Virus record (IMG/VR): IMGVR_UViG_3300021092_000008
Length of the DNA stretch: 64,000 nt
Reading direction: 5' to 3' (one strand)
From: a virus
The notes beneath the pieces were generated by a model. It worked only from the letters and a program-made list of their open reading frames with translations, was not told the DNA's origin and made no database searches. Numbering within the stretch: the first letter of the stretch is position 1; each line of letters starts with the position of its first letter. The translations under genes were made by a program, and so were the position numbers. Shown in pieces: positions 15,001 to 20,286 of the stretch.

Positions 15001-15967
15001 TTTGTATCAGTCTGCCGTTAATACTACATCTAAATTACCAACAGGCGAGGCTGGTCAAATATTAAGGTCTGGTGGAAGCCTTGCTGTTCCTGGTTGGGTT
15101 GCCCAATCAACTCTTACTGTTGGAGCTGCTGCTAACGTATCAGGTGGTGGTGCTGGACAAATACATTACCAAAGCGGTCCTGGAGCAACGGCATTCTTAG
15201 CGGCAGGACAGAATACACAGGTTCTGATTGGTGGAGCAGCGGCGCCTGCTTGGTCTAATATTTCTGGTCTTTCTGTTGCCTCTGCTGCAAATATTACTGC
15301 TGGTGTTGCTGGCGATCTCTTATATCAATCTGCTGCCTCAACAACTGTTAAATTAAACATTGGATCTGCTGGTCAGGTATTAGTTGTTAACACTGGCGCT
15401 AGTGCCCCAACGTGGGTTAACCCATCAACATTAACCGTAGGTAATGCTACCACAGCAGTCAATACCACTGCTGGTATGCCTAATAATACTGACACTGTTT
15501 TAAATGCTCGTATTATTAGAAACAACAATAGCACCAGCGCCAATGACGGTATGTATATTGGTTATGGTAATACTAATAGTGGTCTTACTAGATTGTATGG
15601 CGGTGGTTCTACTTCAAATAGGTTAGAAATCAATTCCGCAGGTAATGTTACTGTAACTGGTACAGTAACAGCAAGTTCTGATATCAGACTTAAGAAAAAT
15701 ATCAAAACAATTGAAAATGCTTTAGATAAAGTTCTAAATCTTAGAGGTGTAGAATTTGATCGAATTGATATTGATACTCACCAGATTGGTTTAATTGCTC
15801 AAGAGGTTGAGGAAGTTATTCCAGAAGTTATATTTGAAAATGAAGATGGCATGAAGACTGTTGCTTATGCTAATATGGTATCAGTCCTCATTGAGGCAAT
15901 CAAAGAACAACAAATTCAAATAAATATGCTACAAGAGGAAATTAAATCTCTCAAAGACAAACCATAA
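14..15967 (+). CDS. Giant tail-fibre-like virion protein, probably 5'-truncated: CBM-like modules, 12 phycobiliprotein-like helical domains, beta-helix segment, fibre repeats, C-terminal peptidase S74-type intramolecular chaperone
   Basis: 5317 aa ORF; the frame is also open from base 2 (atc ggt cac aaa), so the true start may lie upstream. C-terminal SDIRLKKNIKTIENALDKVLNLRGV...GLIAQEVEEVIPE is the autocleaving chaperone signature of tail fibres; several LDADLLDG-type fibre motifs; SPYIQNC beta-helix segment near 8095-8440. Confidence 0.85.
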   Translation: MFGQKSAILNIKEHTGDVAKLNALITAGTNIVGQQTSCSATLTSIISATPAPDYVWEAEQEYLVGDIVRVSNSIYKVTTSGSSGTIAYSGVLATPKNAVNGSSAYIYLGDRREASLNITVNDNSPSQSFADDEVISYVINSVTYLANVALFKSTRAEGEVVKYGETELREYIVEEIDASKWSTHPTPGDNGQLTPGSGGIIFKFAGLHEFKEFDIVFISKPNNAPVALNSFFGFQRVDQVLYDADGFSRRIVVKKQIQPSYTSVYLPPIGQCKAKAKTKYVEISLLNSPYGFTDSTFTSYRFIDAVTFIRNNRDFIAEEITGAISSRYPDFVYPGTNASRLRFKDARNLIYKNLDFIADEAIGWLWNESNFATWGAANLALKSKCRRDVKIFLRGLANDLYDGSNKSTIVVTRSYFNAITGVPIPNGLVGVEPQSIAVFTKAAEYAKLAVNNSLPITPTYSPLKAYRDLSITHDPTTYLTVGENNCANVKTAITTLTTILTSAISAGNLTGLPPVSSDDGASDGENLCKRDLKHILNAVIADLPYGGNATSIEAAKSYRNNSTQSVEYIDNQHRQSRFAFQLARDYAILAMRNWQTKISLKFKKDSDIVEVVSAAGTIGLVPKMRLYSYNNLEQQVETDYFIKEVVSPTQIRIWKFNTGLSGADHTFADGEITGFKTRNINLKLSEGETSFTPIWTDDLVPRTTNYPEFPECTNVAVTLTNLFTLIDDIVVNNTDDRYFDATNQIEFNKDFIAEEVNGWLKETYDGFAYPLPTFTKTVIDTSNADAYPSFIQITNTAKVKVGQLVTSGDAIQDNTYITSIDVENKILYLSKSLESEMDSVTIHPDVYLDESMRYKDASNLILKNKNEITDKALAQIAVEFPDFVFPGNSVTDEFSRFADGYRLITQNIKEIVDRSSAEVAVQHPDFYFPADAQTTKRSRFKDAYRLIQLNKQEIIDTAYATMEANGLPSPAPTDLESKCKRDIGLLVDYVSLDVFVGGNTYARKFVLTYFNGNTFIPDGLEGEVPQSITAFNAARDLMKQAIANQLTVKDLTITPGAATYGGGGGNIPNDNVGACADVQSAITSLVAVVTDVLTSLNINNLVKENDGNNNRYEDSADLIYNNKQEIIDRAAAQIAVEYPDFYYPGDPQTTSSSRFRDSYRLIQQNRQQIIDRAAAEIAIQFPDFYYPGDAQTTPTSRFKDAYRLIQLNRDEIIANAYAAILIFNPEFVNPNPQKCQRDIGIFVDALSLDISNGGGNTYTRKFVLQYFNNGIPISNGLLGEEAESNVAFNKARDEMNRAVANQLTVKDLTITADPTPGSGTVSNTNPDSCANVQAAITSLALIVTDRITAGNIIGLPSETTGTIPAGEAKCKRDLAYFVDSVSLDLTLKSNKYSRKFVLQYFNNGIPISNGLVDETAQSVVAFNMARDMMKNAITNQLFAKDLTITPDPAPGSGAVSNTNPNSCTNVRSTIDTLSSLITARITAGNLTGLPAEVEPVTLKGETKCKRDIGQFVIAIEADLRQLTDFNTRTFLSRYFTPDGSSWISNGLQNEEAQSVVAFNKARDVINQAITNQLYYKDLTITADPVTGSNANPSSCADVQTAITTLTTLVTTRITAGNLGTTKSSFLAAATYDVLVGEIKCKRDVKKFVEAVSLDVFTKGNKYSREFVNQYFTNVSSPLSNGLVNEETQSITAFNMARDMMRKAVTNQLTIKDLTITAGPAQYNGSGGNIPNLPSGTAAACVDVQAGIASLSKIITDVITAGSLTGLDAFPETQGVFGIGETKCRRDIGIIVDAVAKDVADGSNWRSVTAARSYFQEGQPISNGLVDEEAASIFAFNKARDLMILAIRNQLNYRDLSITADPERLTNFDKFVCSDVASGITTLVSIITTTINDGDLDSLSGITVNRGTYSFNEIKCKRDIKLLIDAVINDITLNDSNANSINYANLYKEQNGNIKLIDNQLIQSVAAFRKARDLCILAMRNWIEFPGKQYYQKEYTDLDYVRDEFLIIDTETPYCQNVATAITNRFDLIINILTGDAENSNLDTANQIAINENFIINEALASGEVSFPGVSIPNITKCKRDLRIILRSVQRDIILGGTVGIVRSADSYLTGATLDVGFVGDQLGKTLHIYDYAKHMAIAATRNWNFEIRDCTTVSGNNVVTVPNTNGVVLGMRVSANEFRYTDLTPDSYAYVIGINRGSNTITLGNSKSLTAAAFPANASTTTAKLFFSFSEVGAPWFDAANNITANKTFIKQEAVGYIENIYPYLTTLNPSTSLANLVSQYDNATCQRDIGYVLDALIFDLRYGGNSETIKAAELYRNASGHLDYIGNQLVQSIETFEKVKDLAVLAMRNWKTSATTTYTKQFATADYVVNNDILPDPAGYPQCAFVEASIESLFQQFVDIITNDSGGTKIDAARLIARNFKYIAEEAVGAANEEYPLVTIPNEAKCLRDTQLIMTAWIKDLITGGNSATIQATQSYLTNTGAVTFIQDELQKSRYAYEYAKNLVKLAVTNNLPDPGEYTDEDPFTDLSILPDPLTNDNTDPTSCASVQSTIETLWSILDSTLAQSGAPLPAATYGTQYNPRKYFPANFPGIFAGDYFQGLQRASTDEFITEDTSYPECANIITTLINLFAILDAVLNGGDLPEATNDNVALVVRNRGTLYNPTIVQGSGTMIDAGNRPVIRGRMINANDIIETSPYIQNCSIISFLGGGGCEVDGSKIKQINVPRPGLKEDGSSKLAPQGKSMVANAFTIISQGGTGYLVKNDGYTQLVSVFCIFCQDGILAESGGYASVTNSASNFGTYALRATGYREEPYVFDIATISEIGVTGAGKTIFRVDGLGRRPQENFVVKIDGYENVVSDIEFFITVVSQTTVGGTGEVSSRIELNDALLIKNKESGQIVNLNTSELINKTIRLFRPSIINSSGHSFEYIGSGINYYALPENGGQKIEDNEQVSQSYGRVYASGTDEAGDFKVGRTVKMENRTGNIYFTGQVSISEIEFLRIRGGDLVVTGFDASPTLGGAAATNQKLPTQKAVRDFVTNNLGPYFGKPYSTNPVPNALVELGNDGKINLDQIPPIRPFKVYTVENTSQRLALEGLNSGDIAVQVTRLNDTISASDVDVANNKIFTPKTGFSSGQILSIVSSPVNPIQTTDGPIVAGESYYLIVLPNNFVQLAASPENVIDEIPITITDAGSGNTEVQIATGTVSYILNNDVDTQFLAYPPNISTTFTTGSLVIGSATGAIGSVTSTLYGTVFSISVSGGGNVYLNETPSVVISAPNQGDGVQATATPVVVGSRISAVEITNKGSGYDTTPTVSISIGEVAWSANQTYLVDDLIFVGTNLYKVTTEGTSGTSAFSGQSGIPQPADGGTCFYVYVGERAQLTSFVESRVSINIENSVKFTDVDNINSHNATPVTVNISRVVNTSGSNEFNWVPLTSASIDAASITTGTISTSRLALPNTGSANSFTFLRGDQSFKPVVQGVKLPESKFLVKTVLFSPGSGDPLIPPVNYITIPLTSLIQTGQRVIGNGVSADTIVLEILTVGGNTRVVLSSTLINDVPVGTVFTIIRTETALQFDSNFTKGAYAAGIFIESPGNYYTSTITNGNIGENTISVVDVTKAVIGQKVTAEGVATNAIITSIQLDSGTSGTITLSANNTANIVNKEVQFGVPFSTGTFNNVELFGSNTGSGAKATFTVQNGLITNALITDGGNGYTEDFDIDPIPGALGLGTGAKLTVLASTQQTYFSSIEMDVKRVTNQTTSLDPFGTVGVARFQKSQYTYGPDGAVTLKTGPESGLDSDLLDGKQGVFYLDASNLESGTLRPDRLSGTYSIDITGKSGTTTRVETITDSINAVPAPSAYGSGLSLAARISSNFRSSLVDRTLEDEGERVTLLTIRPSGIGTDASNGGLKQLAFTDGTLNVGTGGGGASSSTTLDDVVPNMYIRGTGNIIPTDPTNAFSPWYKVWTSGNDGFGSGLDADKLQAKDAKFYTNALNLDGGSINDSRLQPIMSSKKFLESLTTVRYIDKAHYEIYFSGRLNNGDLNFVIGTTYSLYNDILQVVGQATLKLIEQKFPVEEVKTELNYVILTIQLDSGSIGSATKIGFTGFEQTWNSLRLSPFATYTSSTLQDDGTGARLILGRNDGNNVANNTPSSGAIIDFHSSGAFNEYDVRFQVTGGTTNSGNGALNITGNGFTYNSNTVWHSGNDTDISGLNANFLQGITKSQVMRSDENTATAGSLTVTGVTTLSSFVTINDAAQLADNTIIDPDIYSNKVIAGNLADGGGFSVIGIGGNAGVGKSWAIGHNGTSLYFGIGDGSAADTLTTWAQVDADRTIRFFAKNNSSIFFSSGTNDYRIWNENNDGSGSGLDADLLDDRDWNSRDKSILRTSGSHIAGGLYINDGTKYQTSNFGFLIRHSDANGVSAGAGGRLDFVFGDDASKAADQTVSTLRTFSFDKSGQLILPAPTGTSPLSVTSTTKVTNLNVDLLDDQDGSYYTNVNNANAGTLAAVRGGTGINAYAIGDMLYASATTPTLAKLNIGTTNQILTVNSDATAPKWTSPSAINIGSATKIAVTSDAATSTNLVVGFFSSTETPADIKYSSDSSLGLFFNPSVGRLTAKTFNGALSGNATSATNVSAGGAAGSLLYQSGTNTTTVLGIGTSGQVLVVGGSSAPIWTAQINITAGNINGGVRGQVLYQSGVGATAKLPVGAAGSLLQTNGTNQNPSWVAQNTITAGNIHAGVAGDLLYQSAASTTSKLTIGSAGQVLVVNTNATAPSWTAQSNITAGNIASVDGDTGSLLYQSAVNVTSKFSQGTAGQVLSSQGTGAAPLWINQSSITAGNIHAGVRGDLLYQSNVGTTVKLNIGSAGQVLVVNAGATAPSWVAQNTITAGNVDGGAIGEVLYQSAAGATAKLPVSNSGFILSTQGANNPPAWINPNTITAGNISGGAAGEILYQSGTGATAKLPVAAASAGQVLALSSSKLPVYINQSSIVAGNITSIAADTNKILYQSAVNTTSKLPTGEAGQILRSGGSLAVPGWVAQSTLTVGAAANVSGGGAGQIHYQSGPGATAFLAAGQNTQVLIGGAAAPAWSNISGLSVASAANITAGVAGDLLYQSAASTTVKLNIGSAGQVLVVNTGASAPTWVNPSTLTVGNATTAVNTTAGMPNNTDTVLNARIIRNNNSTSANDGMYIGYGNTNSGLTRLYGGGSTSNRLEINSAGNVTVTGTVTASSDIRLKKNIKTIENALDKVLNLRGVEFDRIDIDTHQIGLIAQEVEEVIPEVIFENEDGMKTVAYANMVSVLIEAIKEQQIQINMLQEEIKSLKDKP
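911..7930 (+). repeat. Array of 12 helical protein domains (RF.DA..LI..N / KCxRD / C..V...I..L)
   Basis: C-x-R-D cysteine codons at 1166, 1595, 2948, 3716, 4121, 4523, 4931, 5360, 5756, 6242, 6869 and 7352; 12 matching N-terminal motifs and 12 second-Cys motifs counted in the translation. Confidence 0.9.
13545..15440 (+). repeat. About 11 copies of a ~51 aa fibre repeat (ITAGNI.GG..G.LLYQS...T.KL..G..GQVL....P.W)
   Basis: Ten YQS-containing units spaced about 150-160 nt apart plus one divergent upstream copy (GDMLYAS). Confidence 0.9.
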
Positions 15968-15970
15968 ATA
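15963..15970 (+). promoter_or_regulatory. T4-type late promoter (CATAAATA)
   Basis: TAAATA box overlapping the stop of the giant gene, about 50 nt before the next start. Confidence 0.6.
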
Positions 15971-16018
15971 ATTATGTTACAATATCCTTCGTACAGTATT
16001 ATTAAAGAGGAACTTATT

Positions 16019-16231
16019 ATGTCTACTGACACTACCGCTCTTAGAGAAAATTTTGAGAATCAACTCAAAAATATTAATGAGCAAATTACCAAACTTGAAG
16101 AAGATCTATCAAAAGCAAGAGAGTATAGAACCAAACTACAAGGGGGTCTAGAAACTCTCCAAATTTTAGATCCTAAGGAAGAAGTTTCAGCAGAAGAAAC
16201 TCCCGTTTCCGAAACTGAAGTTGTAGAATGA
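16019..16231 (+). CDS. Small coiled-coil hypothetical protein (possible fibre chaperone)
   Basis: ATG at 16019 with AAAGAGG RBS is preferred over the track start at 15974; heptad pattern LKNINEQITKLEEDLSKA and acidic tail. Confidence 0.75.
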   Translation: MSTDTTALRENFENQLKNINEQITKLEEDLSKAREYRTKLQGGLETLQILDPKEEVSAEETPVSETEVVE

Positions 16232-16238
16232 TTAAACC

Positions 16239-16259
16239 ACCCCCTTCGGGGGGTTTTTT
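16239..16259 (+). terminator. Intrinsic terminator
   Basis: ACCCCC-TTCG-GGGGGT followed by a T run. Confidence 0.85.
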
Positions 16260-16272
16260 ATTGTGAGGTGAT

Positions 16273-16716
16273 ATGAAATTTGAATCTATTATAGGGCAAT
16301 ATTTAAATAAAAAACAAGCGTTTTCTTATCCATCACAATTCGCAATGATCCGTATTGTGTATAAAGATTTGGGCGATAATAAATTGATGTCTCAAAATTG
16401 GTATGAGTATCAATATCCTAGGGGTAGACCTTATAGACAAGAGTATCATAAGTATGAATATATTACAGAAAAAGAAGTAATATTTCAATCATATAATATG
16501 GATTGGGAATTGAATTGTAATTATCAATTTAATTATGTGAACGGATTTTGGATTGCCATGCCTTGTGGGGAATGTATCGTAAAAGGAATTAGAATTAACA
16601 GTGAGGTTAAATTTAATGATTCTCAGTACATAGCAAAAGATACTGGTTATGATGCTGACGGTAGATTAGTTTTTGGCAAGTCTACTGGCGGACCCTTCAT
16701 TTTTGATAGGGTATAA
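16273..16716 (+). CDS. cpeT: T-type phycobiliprotein (bilin) lyase, phage CpeT/CpcT-like
   Basis: N-K-K-Q-A-F..P..F, PYRQ and DTGYD..G..VFG....PFIFDR motifs typical of CpcT/CpeT; compact 147 aa form like cyanophage homologues; GAGGTG RBS. Confidence 0.85.
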   Translation: MKFESIIGQYLNKKQAFSYPSQFAMIRIVYKDLGDNKLMSQNWYEYQYPRGRPYRQEYHKYEYITEKEVIFQSYNMDWELNCNYQFNYVNGFWIAMPCGECIVKGIRINSEVKFNDSQYIAKDTGYDADGRLVFGKSTGGPFIFDRV

Positions 16717-16719
16717 ATA
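16712..16719 (+). promoter_or_regulatory. T4-type late promoter (TATAAATA)
   Basis: Exact T4 late consensus just upstream of gp13. Confidence 0.8.
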
Positions 16720-16740
16720 TAAAAAAGAGTATTTAAATAC

Positions 16741-17571
16741 ATGGCAAGACCATCTACTCGCCAGGGGTTAATTGATTACTGTAAACGTCAACTTGGTTAT
16801 CCTGTGTTACAGATTAACATAGATAATGATCAAGTTGATGATATTATTGATACAGCTATTCAGTTTTATCAAGAGTGGCACTATGATGGCGTGGAAACAA
16901 TGTACTTAAAGCATGAAATTACCGAAGACGATTATAATAGATTTGACAGTTCAGACGAATCAGAAACTACCTTAGATCCTTATTCTGCTACGTGGGAAAA
17001 TAGAAATAATTTTATAGAAGTTCCAGATCATGTTATTGGTATCACCAAAGTATTTGGCGTTTCTTCTAATTGGGTTCGTAATGATTTGTTTGGTTTAAGC
17101 AACCAGTATTTCTTGATGGATATTTTTTCATTCTCATCTGGGTTTGCTTTTGGTAATTTTGACATGCCAAATTATTATATGATTCGTCAGTATTTTGAAA
17201 CGCTTGACATGGTTGTTAATACTGGTGCTGTAGTACAATTTAGATTTAACAAACGTCAAGATCGTTTATATATTGATATTGATAAATCAAGATTGATACC
17301 AGGCAATTATCTATTAATCGAATGCCATCGTGCTTTAGATCCAGAAAACTGGTCTCAAGTATATAACGATAGCTTCCTCAAAAGATATGCTACTGCTTTA
17401 ATGAAGAAGCAATGGGGACAGAATTTAATTAAGTACAATAACATAACTCTTCCTGGTGGAGTAAATTTAAATGGAAGACAGTTGTATGAAGATGCTATTG
17501 CTGAGATACAACAATTAGAAGATGATATGCCTACTAAGTATACACTCCCACCAATCGATATGATCGGATAA
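16741..17571 (+). CDS. gp13: Neck protein gp13
   Basis: LIDYCKRQLGYPV and KKQWGQNLIKY..LPGGV.LNG motifs; T4 synteny. Confidence 0.95.
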   Translation: MARPSTRQGLIDYCKRQLGYPVLQINIDNDQVDDIIDTAIQFYQEWHYDGVETMYLKHEITEDDYNRFDSSDESETTLDPYSATWENRNNFIEVPDHVIGITKVFGVSSNWVRNDLFGLSNQYFLMDIFSFSSGFAFGNFDMPNYYMIRQYFETLDMVVNTGAVVQFRFNKRQDRLYIDIDKSRLIPGNYLLIECHRALDPENWSQVYNDSFLKRYATALMKKQWGQNLIKYNNITLPGGVNLNGRQLYEDAIAEIQQLEDDMPTKYTLPPIDMIG

Positions 17572-17572
17572 T

Positions 17573-18457
17573 ATGCCTACCAGTCCTTATTTTCCCACGT
17601 ATTATGATGGATACCAAGGGGAACAAAATCTATTACAAGATTTAGCAGACGAACAGATTAAATTGTTTGGTTCTGATATCTACTATCTACCCAGGACTAT
17701 TTTAAAGGAAGGTCCTTTGGGGGATGATGATGTTATCTATTCAAAATATGAAGATCAATTTCAAATTGAAATGCTTCTACAAAATGTAGAGGGATTTGGA
17801 AATCAATCAGAATTCATTAGTAAATTTGGATTAAGAATTACTGATGAAATTAGATTTACTGTGTCTCAAAGAAGATGGCAACAAGCTTCTAATAATCATA
17901 CATTAACAATTCCAGAAAGACCCAATGAAGGTGATTTGCTTTACGTCCCATTGACTAAAGCTTTATATGAAATAAAATTTGTACAAAGAATTAGTCCTTT
18001 TTTCCAGTTGGGAAAAATTTATTTCTACACTATTGTAGCAGAAATTTACGAAATTGGCAGTGATAATATTGATACTGGTGTTGATGAAATTGATGAAATA
18101 GAGCAGTTGTTTAGTTCTGCTATTGGTTTAATTATGAGTTCTGGTGGTATTGGAAATTTCACACCAGGAGAATTAGTAACTAGCACCCCTGGTAATATTA
18201 TGGCAAAAGTTAAATCATGGGATTCAACAACCAGAGTATTACAATTAGTTAATCGTACTGGAAATTTTGCTGACGAAGACACCATTACTGGGGATGATAG
18301 CGGAGCTGTGTGGGAGGTAGGATCATTTGATACTCTAAATAATACTAATAGCAATTATGATAAGAATAGAGATTTTGAAGATGCTGGTGACGATATAGTT
18401 GACTGGGCAGAAAGAAATCCTTTTGGTGAATATGGTAATTTTACAGGTAGTATCTGA
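17573..18457 (+). CDS. gp14: Neck protein gp14
   Basis: EQIKLFG.D.YYLPR, SKFGL, RPNEGDL.Y.P, PFFQLGK motifs. Confidence 0.95.
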   Translation: MPTSPYFPTYYDGYQGEQNLLQDLADEQIKLFGSDIYYLPRTILKEGPLGDDDVIYSKYEDQFQIEMLLQNVEGFGNQSEFISKFGLRITDEIRFTVSQRRWQQASNNHTLTIPERPNEGDLLYVPLTKALYEIKFVQRISPFFQLGKIYFYTIVAEIYEIGSDNIDTGVDEIDEIEQLFSSAIGLIMSSGGIGNFTPGELVTSTPGNIMAKVKSWDSTTRVLQLVNRTGNFADEDTITGDDSGAVWEVGSFDTLNNTNSNYDKNRDFEDAGDDIVDWAERNPFGEYGNFTGSI

Positions 18458-19266
18458 TGTTAGGACGACATTTTTATAACGAAGCAATTAAAAAAACTGT
18501 AGTTGGTTTTGGAACTCTATTCAATAATATTGAAATTAGAAAGATAGATCCACAAACAGGAGATGTTCTAGAAGTTGAAAAGGTTCCTATTGCTTATGGT
18601 CCTAAACAAAAATTTCTAACTAGGATTGAACAGAATTTAGATACTACTTCAAAAAGAAGAGTTGCTATCGTATTACCTAGAATTTATTTTGAATTGTCTA
18701 ACGTATCTTATGATGGGTCTAGAAAAACTAGTCCGATTCAAAAGTATAGAAATATTATAGATGACAACGGAAATGAAGTAAAGGTTCAATATGTTCCCGT
18801 ACCTTATAATTTAGAATTTGAACTTGGTATTATTGCTAAGAACCAAGATGATGGTCTACAAATTTTAGAGCAAATATTACCATTTTTTCAACCAAATTTT
18901 AATATCACTCTTAACATGATCCCAGACATGAATGAGAAAAAAGATATTCAAATTTGTTTAAATAATATTAATTATGAGGATGATTGGGATGGAGATTTTC
19001 TATCAAGAAGAACAATTGTTTGGACTTTAAATTTTACAGCAAAATCATATATCTACGGTCCATTTAACCAGGCTGATATCATTCGTAAAGCAATAATTTA
19101 CGAGACACTCGGAGATCTGAATGAACATAAGAGAAATGCTAAATTTACATATACACCAAAAGCTCTCCAAGATAAAGATGCAGATGGAGATATTGATCAA
19201 GCTGATGATTTGTTAGTTGTTGCTGACGATGACTTTGGATTTAACGAGGGCATAGAATTGTATTGA
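18457..19266 (+). CDS. gp15: Tail sheath stabiliser/terminator gp15
   Basis: FGTLFNNI, VPIAYGPKQKFL, PVPYNL, QILEQILPFFQP motifs. Confidence 0.95.
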   Translation: MLGRHFYNEAIKKTVVGFGTLFNNIEIRKIDPQTGDVLEVEKVPIAYGPKQKFLTRIEQNLDTTSKRRVAIVLPRIYFELSNVSYDGSRKTSPIQKYRNIIDDNGNEVKVQYVPVPYNLEFELGIIAKNQDDGLQILEQILPFFQPNFNITLNMIPDMNEKKDIQICLNNINYEDDWDGDFLSRRTIVWTLNFTAKSYIYGPFNQADIIRKAIIYETLGDLNEHKRNAKFTYTPKALQDKDADGDIDQADDLLVVADDDFGFNEGIELY

Positions 19267-19270
19267 TCTT

Positions 19271-19687
19271 ATGAATGAGTTTGAAAAAAATATGGAACAA
19301 ATATTTGACATTGATGTTGTAAAACCAGAGAATATTGAAATAACACCAGTTGCTCCTAAGAAGCAAGAAGACCCAGAAAAAGATTATGAATATACCAGGG
19401 GTCAGTTATACGATCTCATAGAGAAAGGTCAGGAGGCGGTACAAGGCGCCTTAGAGGTTGCTCAGGAGTCTGGACACCCTAGAGCGTATGAAGTCGCTGT
19501 AAACGCTATGAAGCAGGTCTCAGACATGACCGATAAGCTTATAGATTTACAGAAGAAGATGAAAGATCTAGATGCTCCAATAAAAGGTTCTGCTCCAACA
19601 ACTGTAAACAATACTATGTTTCTTGGTTCTACAGCTGATCTACAGAAGATGCTCAAAGAAATGGGCAAGAAAATTTCAGAAGAATAA
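19271..19687 (+). CDS. gp16: Terminase small subunit gp16
   Basis: DYEYTR, HPRAYEV, F.GST.DL motifs. Confidence 0.95.
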   Translation: MNEFEKNMEQIFDIDVVKPENIEITPVAPKKQEDPEKDYEYTRGQLYDLIEKGQEAVQGALEVAQESGHPRAYEVAVNAMKQVSDMTDKLIDLQKKMKDLDAPIKGSAPTTVNNTMFLGSTADLQKMLKEMGKKISEE

Positions 19688-19690
19688 ATA
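19683..19690 (+). promoter_or_regulatory. T4-type late promoter (AATAAATA)
   Basis: TAAATA box overlapping the gp16 stop, upstream of ORF 19701. Confidence 0.65.
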
Positions 19691-19700
19691 ATAATAAAAA

Positions 19701-19958
19701 ATGTCTTACATTAGATACGATAAGGATAACAATCCAGTTGATGCTCAACCAGAATCATATTCAGTTACTCTTTATTCTGGAACTGAAGGTTGGTCAACTA
19801 TGACATATGATGTATGGAATGGTGATTATGTGCCAAGGAATTCAGACAATACTGTAAGAACTCCTGGAACATATCAAGCAAGAAATTCTGATAATACTAC
19901 CAGAACTCCTGCTGCCTATCAACGTTATGATACAACTAACAATCCAATACTAATATAA
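19701..19958 (+). CDS. Hypothetical protein with internal 15 aa repeats
   Basis: 85 aa ORF with RNSDNT.RTP..YQ repeats, behind a late promoter. Confidence 0.7.
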   Translation: MSYIRYDKDNNPVDAQPESYSVTLYSGTEGWSTMTYDVWNGDYVPRNSDNTVRTPGTYQARNSDNTTRTPAAYQRYDTTNNPILI

Positions 19959-20055
19959 ACTTCGTGCTTGGGATTGCTAACATAACATGTCTTAATTGCT
20001 ACTTCACGATACTAAAGTATACTATATAATAAATTGCCGTCTTATTGTAAGTCTT

Positions 20056-20286
20056 ATGAATATTAAAACCTGTCCTAAATGCGGGGCGAACTGGATTAAT
20101 GGGCAGCATTACTGGAGTGGAACTAACAAAAAAGGAGATGATACAACATTAGCTTCTTTGGTTTGTGATAAATTCGGTGATAATACTTGCATCAATCCAT
20201 GTAAAGGAACTACAGAAGGTGATGGGTGGAAGAAGAGAATGGAAGATTTAAATTTAATGTCCGTTTATAAACAAAATTATGGCTGA
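20056..20286 (+). CDS. Cys-rich hypothetical protein (CPKCG...C....C.NPC)
   Basis: ATG at 20056 (MNIKTCPKCGANW) is more plausible than the TTG at 19996; overlaps the gp17 start. Confidence 0.7.
   Translation: MNIKTCPKCGANWINGQHYWSGTNKKGDDTTLASLVCDKFGDNTCINPCKGTTEGDGWKKRMEDLNLMSVYKQNYG

Noticed and set aside
3791-15346. Exact DNA repeats in the fibre gene as a CRISPR array or DGR template/variable pair
   Set aside because: The repeats are in-frame coding duplications with no repeat-spacer periodicity, no adenine-specific mismatches and no reverse transcriptase or cas gene in the window.
19999-20012. NtcA-like site (CTA-N8-TAC)
   Set aside because: Mismatch in the GTA half-site and no -10 at the expected distance.
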